60,000 bases of DNA from Malacoraja senta (taxonomy: Eukaryota), in NCBI GenBank assembly GCA_038087875.1, contig CM075989.1, forward strand, positions 15,192,001 to 15,252,000. The letters run 5' to 3'. The first letter of the stretch is position 1. Each line of letters begins with the position of its first letter. Positions 49,225-60,000 of the stretch are shown here, in pieces. A program made the position numbers and the translations under genes. The notes below the pieces were generated by a model. The model did not search any database and was not told where the DNA came from. It saw only the letters and a list, made by a program, of their open reading frames with translations.

Positions 49225-49525
49225 CATTGACAATAGGTGCAGGAGTCTCCATTCGGCCCTTCGATCCAGCACCGCCATTCAATGTGATCATGGCTGATCA
49301 TCCACAATCAGTACCCCGCTCGTGCCTTCTCCCCATACTCCTTGATTCAGCTAGCCCGAAGAGCTCTATTTAACTTTCTTTTGAATGCCATCCAGTGAAT
49401 CAGCCTCCACTGCCTTCTGAGGCAGATAATTCCACAAATTCACAACTGTGTGAAAATGTTTTTCCTCATCTCAGTTCTAAATGGCCTACCCCTTATTCTT
49501 AAAATGTGGCCCCTTGTTCTGGATC
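49225..49525 (-). mobile_element. CR1-type LINE 3' end
   Basis: SRTRGHILRIRGRPFRTEMRK and conserved 3' UTR. Confidence 0.85.
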
Positions 49526-49834
49526 TAAGGATTCCAGTTTTCCAGTGGTTGTTCATGTCATTTTCTAAAATTAAAGTTCCTAATCTCAAAAAATTATATA
49601 TTATGGAAATCTGAACTAAAAACAGAAAATACTGCAAGCAAGCAGAGATATGCATTTAACATTTTGGTGAAAAAAAGCATATTTTGCAAATGTTTGGTTT
49701 GTACATGAATATGCCTACATGTCAATATGGTGACAAAGTCAGAATGAAACAAAAGAGGCTCTATTTATTGCTGGGTATTGGGATGGGGACGTAGAGAGGG
49801 AAGAAATATAGCTAGATTAATTATCTAGCTGTCT

Positions 49835-50017
49835 TTAGGGAGTCTTTAGAGAGTTATATTTAACCTTTAGGGCTAAAGGAATCAAGGGATATGGGGAAAA
49901 TGCTAGTACAGGGTACTGATTTTGGATGATCAGCCATGATCATATTGAATGGCGGTGCTGGCTTGAAGGGCCAAATGGCCTACTCCTGCACCTATTTTTT
50001 ATGTTCCTATGTTTCTA
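49835..50017 (+). mobile_element. CR1-type LINE 3' end
   Basis: GGATGATCAGCCATGATCATATTGAATGGCGG...CCTACTCCTGCACCTA + CTATGTTTCTATG tail. Confidence 0.85.
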
Positions 50018-50054
50018 TGACATGAAGGAATCAAATAGTTTGTAAATAATGGAA

Positions 50055-50154
50055 TCATCAGTCTGAAGAAAGGTCTCGACCCGAAACGTCACCTATTAAT
50101 TCACTCCATAGATGCTGCCTCACCTGCTGAGTTTCTCCAGCATTTTTGTCTACC
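50055..50154 (+). mobile_element. 100-bp hammerhead-bearing mini-insertion with TSD
   Basis: Core CTGAAGA 50063-50069, GAAACGTC 50083-50090; 14-bp direct repeat TGTAAATAATGGAA at 50041-50054 and 50155-50168. Confidence 0.85.
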
Positions 50155-51274
50155 TGTAAATAATGGAAGTTAAGTTGCATGGCGCCTGTGACATGGGCAA
50201 TAATTGCAATGGCCCTTCCCGATGGCTAGAGGAGGGCCTGAGCTCATTTGTAATGATTTCGTTTCTCAACTGACAGGTTGCTTGGAAACCCTCTCCTTTC
50301 TGGATTCTTTGTTTGAGATTTGCACAGTCAGCCAAAATCAGCGTTTAGTAGCCTTGGCAGAAACAATGGGATATAATCAAATTTGCTGATGTATATGGTA
50401 CATTGACTAGGAAGGAGCAAAAAAAAAAAACCCAGAAGTAAATAGATTAACTTTTAAATACTTTTTCACAAATTTAGAAAACCATTGTATTGCCACATCT
50501 GCAAATCTTTCAAAATACTTTTTGATGTAAGAAAGCATTGTAAGTCATTTATCCTCATTGGAAAACATGTATTTTGCTAAATATCTTCATCAAATAATTG
50601 TGTGTACAAGACTGATACAAATGTATGCACCATCAGGAAGATGATGGCTCCTATCTACCAGCTTACACTTGTACATTTATCAATTACAATTGTACTGCAG
50701 TAGGACTGATGCAAAAACCTCAATTAAAAAATTGCTCTGCATCTAATCCTTTCACATTGCCAATTCATATTGGGGAATTGAAATTCTCTACTCCTATAAT
50801 CCTGTTCCTTTTACATCTTTCCATGATTTGCCAACATACCTGCTCCTCTATTTCGTGCTGACTTGGAAGGCCTTTAATATAATCATATCAAATTCTTGCT
50901 TTTTTCCCCCAAAGCTCTGCTCATATGGGTTCATTTGAAGAGCGTTCTGAGTCATCCTCCCCCAGTATTGCAGTGATGACTCCTAGATCAATAATGCAAC
51001 GCCCCTCCTCTTTACATCTCTCCCTAGCACGCCTGAAATTTCAAACCAAAATTATTTAACAGTGTCTTATGAGTATTAAAGTGCTTTTGCACCATTTATT
51101 TGCACACTTCTCCTTGAGATTTCCCTGCATCGAGTTCTTAGGCGTTGTGAATATATTTTGTCTGTTGTTAGCTTTAAATACTATCAAATGAAAGACATGA
51201 TACTGCACATTTTATAATCTTAACTGTATCGTGACAGTAATTGTTTTCTTTTTGTTTTCAATTGTGTACTTTAG

Positions 51275-51351
51275 AACAAAAGTAAGATTGGATTGAGGAA
51301 CGTAGAACAAACCAGACCATGTTCAGAAAGCAAAGGAAAGAAAATGACAAG
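51275..51351 (+). CDS. TEX9: TEX9 coding exon 6 (NKSKIGLRNVEQTRPCSESKGKKMT)
   Basis: T-rich tract + TAG acceptor, AG|GTAAAA donor, phase 0 to 2 joins exon 7; KGKK resembles TEX9 NKGRK region. Confidence 0.75.
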
Positions 51352-52430
51352 GTAAAATCTTCTAAACATCCATACCATATATCTGATATTGCACTTAGTG
51401 TTCAAAAAGACCTGATAAGCAAGATGTTAAATGTGCAGAACCATATTAACAATTACCATTATTTATTTATATTTAAGTTCCTAGTCAGCTTTGTGTAACC
51501 TAAACTGGAACTAAGATTAAAGGATAGAGTGTGGAGTTCTAAGGCTGCAAGTAATTTTGGCTAAGCAGAGACCATTTAGTTCTTTAAGCCTGTTCTGACA
51601 ATTAATAAGATCATTGCTGATCATTGATTCAGCTTCAGGTACCATCTTTTCTCTCCACTCCTTCATACTTGCAGTTAACTAAAATCTTTCAATCTCAGAT
51701 TTAAAATCGAATGTGAATTGCTGATCGCAGTAAAATAATTCCAAATTTCTACCACCCTCTGCAGGTGGCAGAGTTCCCTAATTTCTCTTCTGAAAGGCAA
51801 ACTTTTAGTACTTTAAGACATGTTATCTAGCAACCTAGTGCCATTTTTTTCTGCATTGCAAATCTGAAAATCTATGGAATGAAATGCAGTTTAACCATTT
51901 TTAAATTGATTTACACTAATCTTGAAATTCATTACAGTTCACTTTTGTACTGAGAAGGCAGCATTCATAATTCAACACTTGGTGCATTGCCCAGTAAAGT
52001 AGCTTGTTGTTCTAAGGAGTATCTGTCAAAGTCACTCTGGAACAACTGTGTTTTCTTTGCACTGCAACAGTTCTATAAAAAGTAGGTCCTGGCCTAACAA
52101 CCTGATACATGCAAACCTCTTTTAACTTTGTAACAGATGTTTCTTTCTTTAAATTTACTTAGTACCATTGTATTCTGTTTCTAAAGTTTCACTATGTAAA
52201 AGTAGGAAAAAGGGGCTAAAATTCGAAAATAAACAGAGTAAAGCAAATTATTACAAAATCCTGAATACTAACATATTTTTGTAGTCTAATTACAAACACT
52301 TATTAGCTACAAAGAATGTACAGGCCCTTGTTTGAACACCTCTGACTTACAAGACAAAATCCATCTACATTTTAGCAAGACAATTATTCAATAAACTCTG
52401 CTGTAAGCTTAGAACATACAGACATACACA

Positions 52431-52432
<2 letters not shown>

Positions 52433-52469
<37 letters not shown>
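52433..52469. repeat. (TTA)n microsatellite
   Basis: ~12 perfect TTA units. Confidence 0.95.
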
Positions 52470-52474
<5 letters not shown>

Positions 52475-52955
52475 TATTTGTTTGCGTTTGTTCCAGATTC
52501 CTTGTAAAGTGAACCGTTCTTTGAAAAGAGCGCATTGGATTGGGAAAATGTAAAGGGAACTATGAAATGAATGAGTTAATTTGTCAAAATGTATCTGACT
52601 AGCCAATTATGAATTTTTAAAATACGTGAAATTTGTTCTGGTGCACGTCACTTTTCATTCTATAAATTTAAATCAGATCGAGTAAAAATTATATATGAAA
52701 CAGAATGCCCACTGGATTAGAATTATATTTTTGTATCCATACATTTTTAATGTACTTTAAATAATTTAATGATTCAGCCAACACGGTTTGGGGTGCAATA
52801 TTTTCTCACTTACACCCAAGTGAGCATAACTTGATTTTATTTATTTAATAATAACTAGTATTTTGATGTGTTCTAATTTTAAATATACCAGTTCAGCAGA
52901 AAATTATTTTCTGAACTGAAAAGAGGAAAATAAATAAGTATTTTTTTAATTTCAG

Positions 52956-53131
52956 TGCTAAACATAAAAGTCTTGAATTACACGTGGCTGATGATGTTGC
53001 AGTTCCAGAGGACTTTTCCAATTACTCCCTTGCAAAGACAATTAGCAAAATTGAAGGTCAGCTGGAGGATGGAAGTCCTGCTGTTGTGGAAGATGTGATA
53101 ATGCCAAACGTTGGCAATGAAATGAGCACAG
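52956..53131 (+). CDS. TEX9: TEX9 coding exon 7 ([39 protein letters not shown]...GNEMST)
   Basis: Matches remembered TEX9 [34 protein letters not shown] acceptor, G|GTGGGT donor. Confidence 0.95.
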
Positions 53132-54689
53132 GTGGGTCTGAACGCATTGCTTTGCTCATAAACACTGCACAATTTGGTTGTTCAAAGCCTCAATTTTTTT
53201 AAGAGAAAAGGTATTTTCAATTGGATACATTGATCACAAGCATTTCAGTCACTACCGGTAATGTTAGCAAGAAACATTTGGATAGAATTAAATATCGTGG
53301 AATAGATTTAAATTTGCTGAATGGAGAACTTGGGTCCTAATTTGATGAATTACAAAAGCCATAAATTGATTTGTTAGGTTTAAACAATTTAAGTTTAAGA
53401 TTAATTAATATTACAAATATATATCACAAATATAAAAAGGAATTAAGAAAGAACAAGAGACTATTTAAGTTGTAGCTCCTGAATTGATAGCATGGGAAAA
53501 CAGATTTTTTAGTAATCAACAAGGTGAACAAGATTTTTTTAATCAGTTATGTTTCTGTTTTGAGGATATAAAAACATGAGAGTAGAGTAGGACATGGTCC
53601 TGAAATTCAGTAGCATCAGAGCCAATCTGATCTTCAACCTCAGCTATAAGACTATGGCTGGTTTGATATTTGGCCACTTTCCATTCACATCCCAATAACT
53701 CTGATTCCTTGCTCTTTCATCTTCTTTTTACTGCTACATATTCTCTTTGTTTCCTTCTCATAATGGCATTAAGTGTTTGCTAGTCTATGATTCTACAAGC
53801 ACAGTGTGTCCTTTTAAACTTCATTTTAAGTGTTGGTTTTACCACCCCACCAAAACCTGATCCTGCCATCACCCAATATCCATATTCTTTCCATTCTGTA
53901 TTACCTGTCCCTAGCTAAAGAAAACGGAGTCACTTGCTCGTTGTTCATTGTTGCCGTTGACTCCCAATGGTTCAGAACCGGCTGTGGAATCAAATGCTCA
54001 CACCCTTGGGCCCAGATATTTAGGGGCATAGATGAATCATTTCAGCTGAATGGTGAGGCCCAGGATGCACCTGCTATTGGTACTTCAGATTTAATTACCA
54101 TAGAGCCACAGTCAGTTACCTGGCAAAGTTTAAGTGATGAAGTTGCCATTTGTGTAATGTGACTGAATTTCTAGCATCTAAAATGAAAGCTTCCATCAGT
54201 TCAGTTTCTTATTAAGTAAGTAAGTTATTCTGCTTCAGTATGATTGATGAAATTAAATTGAAATTCAAATTGCGAATGTAATCGAGTCACTTGATTAAAA
54301 AATCTTTCCCAGAATGGCAGTTTTAATGGAATTTAAAAAATTAAAACTTTGGAGGATGGTGCTAGAAATTTAATTGAGCAAGTAATTAGGTTAAAGATTG
54401 TAATGAATTTGTAAGATCTTGGCGCTTGTGCAGAGGATTTTCACCAGGATGTTGCTTGGATTGGAGCATTTTGGTTACTAGGAGAGATTGGATTGTGGAA
54501 TGGAAGAAGCTGAGGAATAATCTGATAGAGTGATATATTAAATAGTGAGGGGGCGAGATAGTAGTAGAACTGCCTGCTAACTTATTCTGATGCATGCACG
54601 AGAACACCTCGATCCCTCTATTATTCATTTACAGCTTCATTTACAGTCTCTCGAATTAGATAAGAATCTGCCTCTTGATTTTATTACCG

Positions 54690-55560
54690 AAATGTGTAAA
54701 AATTCACAGCTCCCCACATTAATTTTCATTTGCCAGTTTTTCACCCAATCACTCTATTTGAGCAGAATCACAATATCCTCATAGCAACGTCTTTTTTTGT
54801 CTAATTTTGTATCATCATCAATCTTGGAACCCTTACAGTTTGTTCCCTCTTTCAGGTCATTCGTGTAAATAGTGAACAAATTTGTGGTTCAAGAACCAAT
54901 CCTGCAGTCCTCCATTAGACCCTCCAGACCGAATGTTATCTAACTAGTTGTTTTCTATGTGACAGCCATCATTCAATCATGGTATCGAGCCTTGCCCAGT
55001 ACCTTGGTCTCTTAATGTATGTACCATACTTTAATGCTACACCTAATCAATCTAATTACACAACATCTACAAATTCCTCTCTCCTGTCATATTCTGAAAA
55101 TAATTAAATTGGTCAAATAGACACCTTTGAGAAAACTATGTTGATTAGGTTTGATTATATTCAGCATTCCTTACTGGTTAAATATTTCCACTTTGATTAT
55201 TGATTCTATTATCTTGCCAATAATAGATATTAAACTAACTGGCCTATTTTTCCGCACATTCTGCCTTGCTTCTTTTTCGAACAAGGGAATCATAGTCTGA
55301 AGAAGGATCTCAACCCGAAACGTCAGCCTCCAGAGATGCTGCCTGTATCGCTGAGTTACTGCAGCATTTTGTGTCTATCTTCGGTTTAAACCAGCAGCTG
55401 CAGTTCCTTCCTACACGAGGGAATGACATTGGTTGTTTTCCAAACTTCTAGTACCATCTCAGAATTTGAGTATTGAAAAATTTTATGCAATGGGTCTACT
55501 GCCTCTGCAGCCACTTCCTTTTAAACCCTTGGGTGCAGGACATTGGGTCCCAGCGATTTG
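54690..55560 (-). mobile_element. Old CR1-type LINE fragment hosting a Penelope-like insertion
   Basis: Degenerate reverse match to CR1 RT (TTTGTATCATC, AAACTAACTGGCCTAT, CCACTTCCTTTTAAACCCTTGGG). Confidence 0.55.
55291..55414 (+). mobile_element. ~125-bp hammerhead-bearing mini-insertion
   Basis: AGTCTGAAGAAGGATCTCAACCCGAAACGTC at 55294-55324; imperfect direct repeat AC(A/G)AGGGAAT at 55281-55290 and 55415-55424. Confidence 0.75.
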
Positions 55561-57495
55561 TCAGCCATTAGCTCTGTGAGTTATCTATCTTGACTACCTC
55601 AACTTTGCCCAGTACATTTCCTGCACATTTGGCCAACCATCCCTGTCTGGTCAGGTCTCATTTGATATATACCCAAAATTGAACAGGTACACATGTACTT
55701 GTTGAGGATACTGTGGTTACTTTCCAAAACTACTAATGTCAAGTGGCTGTGGTCTTCACAAACACCATAGTTACTGTTAGGGATAGGGAGCAGTCAATCT
55801 GTATACAACTGTACCCTGTGATTTCAAAGTCTATCACTACTGGTAAGTATCAAAAAATAGACTGTGGTTCTATGATATAAGAAAGGTAATTAGGATTATA
55901 AGACATTTAAACAGGTACATGGATTGAAAAGAGGGATATAAGCCTAACACAGGCAAATGGGACCAGTGCCGGTAGACAACTTGGTCAGCAAGGATGAGCT
56001 GGGCTGAAAGGCCTGTTTCCATGCATAACTATAATTGTATGAGATATTTAATGGAAGTAGTTTGAAGGCTGTTTTTTTTTCTAATATCAGTGTTTCCTAC
56101 CCTAATTCTATATTCTCTGATTATACCTCCTTATCCCTTACAATCTTTAGGAAAGGTAGACAAGGCCAGTGAATCTATCTTCAGATGCCATACACCATGA
56201 AATGGACTACATGTGTCAACAATTGCTCAGTGCATCACACCTCCCTGTCAAATGGCTACCAGGACTCAAACCTTGCAACCACATCCTCCCCTGCAATACA
56301 GCAAACTCTGCTGAAAGCTTCACACCAATATATCAGAAACTATGTACATTGTCAGCTATTCAACAATGGCCACACATCATTTTAACAAATTGCTTGACTG
56401 TCACTAGCCCAATTTCTCTTGCAGTACAATTGATGTTATTATGTTTGAGATTGATTGATTTTTACAATCCAAAGTTACTAAGGGAATTTGAGCCATGTGA
56501 CAAGGTCACAAATACATGATTTCACTGAAAGATGGAACATGCCCAATATGCTAACATTCTACTTCTATTCCTATGTTCTTGCTATGCAGAGGACAAATGA
56601 AGGGAGTAGCAGCTAACCAGTTGGGACAGCTGCATTCCTTCCCCCCATTGAGGAGATTGTGGTCACTATCTTTGGAGTGGCTATTTCTAAGGTTGTCAAC
56701 ATGGCAGGTCTTAAATCATAGAATAAAATGATATCCTCATTCCCATGTGTTCTTACATTCCACGTTCCTCACACAATCCCTCCTCACACAATCCCTTTTG
56801 TTTTAGAAGCTGCAGATAGTGGAAGCAAGCAGACACGCCTTCAACAACCCCATTCTTGTGCATTTCTCCATTTATATCCAAGGACTGTAACTGGCCAGGC
56901 ATTTGTGGAAAAACAATCTGGAAATGAGAGAAGAAAAATCAACAAACCATGTTAACGTGGGGCATTTCACAAAGCTTTTCCAGCATGGAAATGGTAGCCA
57001 GCTCCATTTGAGCAGTTCCATACCCATTCTGCCTCAGTAGCCAGAGATCTCATCTTCCATTACAGGACAAGGAGAAGCCATCGAATGTCTGAGAGCTACC
57101 ATGTAAGCTCATATTTCCATCACAAAACTCCAAAATGCTGTATTTCATGTTCAGACTGTTGCTGCAATTCAAGTTCTAAATGGACAGAGCATGGAACATA
57201 GTTTTTCATTGAGCTCATCAAATGATCCTTTTATTTTCTTTCTACTTTCACACTTATCTAGATTTCTCTTAAATACATCTTATGAATCATCACAACTACC
57301 TCCAGTAGAATGGTTTCCATGGAATGGAGAACTTCCTACTGGAGAAAGTAGTTGAGATGATTCATACGAGGGCCTTCAATTCTGGTCTGTGGAAACATCT
57401 TCACGACATCCACACTGTTCAAATTCATGAATAATTTAAAAGACCATCAACCTGCTTAACCTTCTCTTTCCAAGGAAAAAGAGACACAATGTGTT

Positions 57496-58460
57496 TAGAA
57501 ACATAGAAAAATAGGTGAAGGAGTAGGCCGTTCGGCCCTTTGAGCCAGCGCTGCATTCAATATGATCATGGCTGATAATCTAAAATCAGTACCCCGTTCC
57601 TGCTTTTTCCCCATATCCCTTGATTCCTTTCGCCCTAAGAGCTAAATCTAACTCTCTCTTGAACACATCCAGTGATTGGCCTCCACTGCCTTCTGTGGCA
57701 GAGAATTTCACAGATTCACAACTCTGGGTGAAGAACCTTTTCCTCATCTCAGTCCTAAATGGCCTACCCCTTATTCTTAAACTGTGACCCCTGGTTTTGG
57801 ACTCTCCCAACACCGGGAACATTTTTCCTGCACCTAGCCTGTCCAATCCTTTAAGAATTTTATATGTTTATATAAGATGCCCTCTCATCCTTCTAAATTC
57901 CAGTGAATACAAGCCCAGTTGACCCATTCTTTCTTCATATGTCAGTCCTGCCATCGCGGGAATTAACCTGGTGAACCTACGCTGCACTCCCGCAATAGCA
58001 ATAATGTCCTTCCTCAAATTAGGAGACCAAAATTGCACACAGTACTCCAGGTGTGGTCTCACCAGGGCCCTGTACAACTGCAGTAGAACCTCCTTGCCCC
58101 TAAACATCCTCTCGCAATGACGGCCAACATACCATTAGCTTTCTTCACTCCCTGCTGTACCTGCATGCTTACTTTCAGTGACTGATGTACAAGCACAACC
58201 AGGTCTTGTTGCATCTCCCCTTTTCCTAATCTTACAACATTCAGATAATAATCTGCCTTCCTGTTCTTGCCATCAAAGTGGATAACCTCACATTTATCCA
58301 CATTATACTGCATCTGCCATGCATCAGCCGACTCACCCAACCTATCCAAGTCACCCTGCAGACTCATAGCATCCTCATCGCAGCTCACTGCCACCCAGCT
58401 TTGTGCCAGCCGCAAACTTCGAGATGTCACATTTAATTCCCTCATCTAAATCGTTAATAT
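57496..58460 (-). mobile_element. CR1-type LINE 3' portion, frameshifted
   Basis: LQGDLDRLGE..KCEVIHF, RPHLEYCVQFWSP, KTRGHSL, GYGEKAGTGY; CTATGTTTCTA tail. Confidence 0.92.
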
Positions 58461-58881
58461 TTCATCATTCTGGAGAGGTATAACCTTTTTACCTGGATTA
58501 TTTTGAGAAATCTTTTTCATTCCTGCTCCGATACTAATGTATTATTTTTCTTGAAAGCCGCTATTGGCTAATATCTGCAAACGCCTGACAGAATTGATGC
58601 ACGAGTGTAATAGGAAAGCAAGGCAACGTGGAAACAGATCTCTCAGTTTTCTAGTTGTTGATCTCATTCTATTTGTGTAACAGATGAAAGGAAAAACACT
58701 TCTTAATTTGTGAATTTGATATTAAAACACATTACACTATAATCTGTCCTCAGTTAAGTAACTATTTAGTGTTGATGGTACATATACCATAATGGATAAC
58801 TATTTTGAAAGGTAGTTGTTTGATAAATTGTGTTGAATTAATTTTTTTTAATTCTATTCTATTACTTACTCTGAACTCAAG

Positions 58882-58964
58882 AGGCCCAGATACGATTTCT
58901 GAAAGCAAAACTAAGAGTAATGCAGGAGGAACTGGATAGACTAGCTCATGAATACAACAAGAAG
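58882..58964 (+). CDS. TEX9: TEX9 coding exon 8 (EAQIRFLKAKLRVMQEELDRLAHEYNKK); gene continues beyond window
   Basis: Matches remembered TEX9 EAQIRFLKAKLHVMQEELD; AAG acceptor, AAG|GTAAGG donor, phase 1 joins exon 7. Confidence 0.95.
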
Positions 58965-59184
58965 GTAAGGGTCAAATATAAAGTCACACATAGTTTAGAA
59001 GTATCTATTATTAAATGGCTTGCTATTAAATATTTTAATATCATAATCAAATTGCAATAATATCAATGTAAGTGAGATAGACATCAAATACTGGAGAAAC
59101 TCAGCGGGTTAGGCAGCATGTCTTGGAAAAAAAGGTTGGGTGACATTTTAGGTCGGGACCTTTCTAGGTCTGAAGAAACGTTGC

Positions 59185-59800
59185 GCCTTCCAGCGAAGAA
59201 GGCACACCAGCTCTCTTGGAAGTTTAAAGTAATTTGGCATATTACTGAAAAAATTCCACGTATTGACTGGTTGCATCATGGCCGGGTCGGGCAATTCCCA
59301 TGGTCAGAAAAGGTGGAGTAGCGGATTCAACCTGGTCCATCGAGGCTATAACCCTCCCCTCTATCGAAAGCATCTGTATGAGGTGCTGCCTCAAGATGCC
59401 GGCATCTATCATCAAGTATTCCCACAGTCTAGGCCACGTCCTCTTCTCACAGCTAACATCAAGCAGGAGATACAGAAGACCCACATCTCCAGGTTCAGGA
59501 ATGGATATTTTCCTACAACTATCAGATCCTCAAACCAACCCACACAACCCAAATCCTAACTCTACAAACAGAACACTATGGACCACCTTTTGCCCTACCA
59601 TGGTCTTGTTTTCTTATCCAATTTGTGTCTTGCGTTAATGTTTTTGGCACTGTATTTCTATTAGTAATTTAATGTATAATTTATACATAATTTGCTTTGT
59701 GTGTTGACTATCCAGGTGTCTGTGGTGCTGCTGCAAGCCAGATTTTCATTTGTACCTATACCTCCATTCTTACACATGTAAAAATAAACTTGACTAAACT
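59185..59800 (+). mobile_element. Degenerate Rex1/Babar-type LINE 3' end, preceded by a Penelope-like repeat piece (59076-59182)
   Basis: LPSIESIC..RCCLKM..IIK..H..GHVLFSQLTSSRRY; AATAAACTTGACT tail. Confidence 0.65.
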
Positions 59801-60000
59801 TGGTTCTGTTTTTTCTTTATACTTATCTGTAGAGGTTCTTACAATCTGTTTTTAACCTTACCCTTATATTTTGCTTCAACTTTCGTCATTTACTTAATTC
59901 TGATGTTTTCTGAATCATAAGGTTTTCTGTTTTTATTTGGCAATATTATACATTGATTATTTTGATCCAATGCAACCTTTAATTTCCCTTTATAGCTACA

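Overview
Vertebrate (not prokaryotic) genomic DNA, most likely from a cartilaginous fish (skate/ray-like repeat landscape; organism is inferred). Two divergently oriented host genes are recognisable: the first coding exon and CpG-island promoter of RFX7 (minus strand, ATG at 5098) and eight coding exons of TEX9 (plus strand, 33008-58964, continuing beyond the window) behind a promoter with an RFX X-box and a forkhead site. The rest is mostly transposable-element sequence: a decayed Tc1 (DD34E, IR/DR ends), many CR1-type LINEs, Rex1/Babar LINEs, L1/Tx1 and RTE fragments, tRNA-derived V-domain SINEs, a Helitron-like element with a 70-bp internal array, and an abundant family of Penelope-like elements (GIY-YIG remnants) whose terminal repeats carry a minimal hammerhead-ribozyme-like core and which also occur as 100-260 bp non-coding, often fold-back, insertions with 10-18 bp target-site duplications. 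There is a 200-N assembly gap at 3208-3407. All identifications come from reading the sequence and from memory of the protein families; no database search was run.
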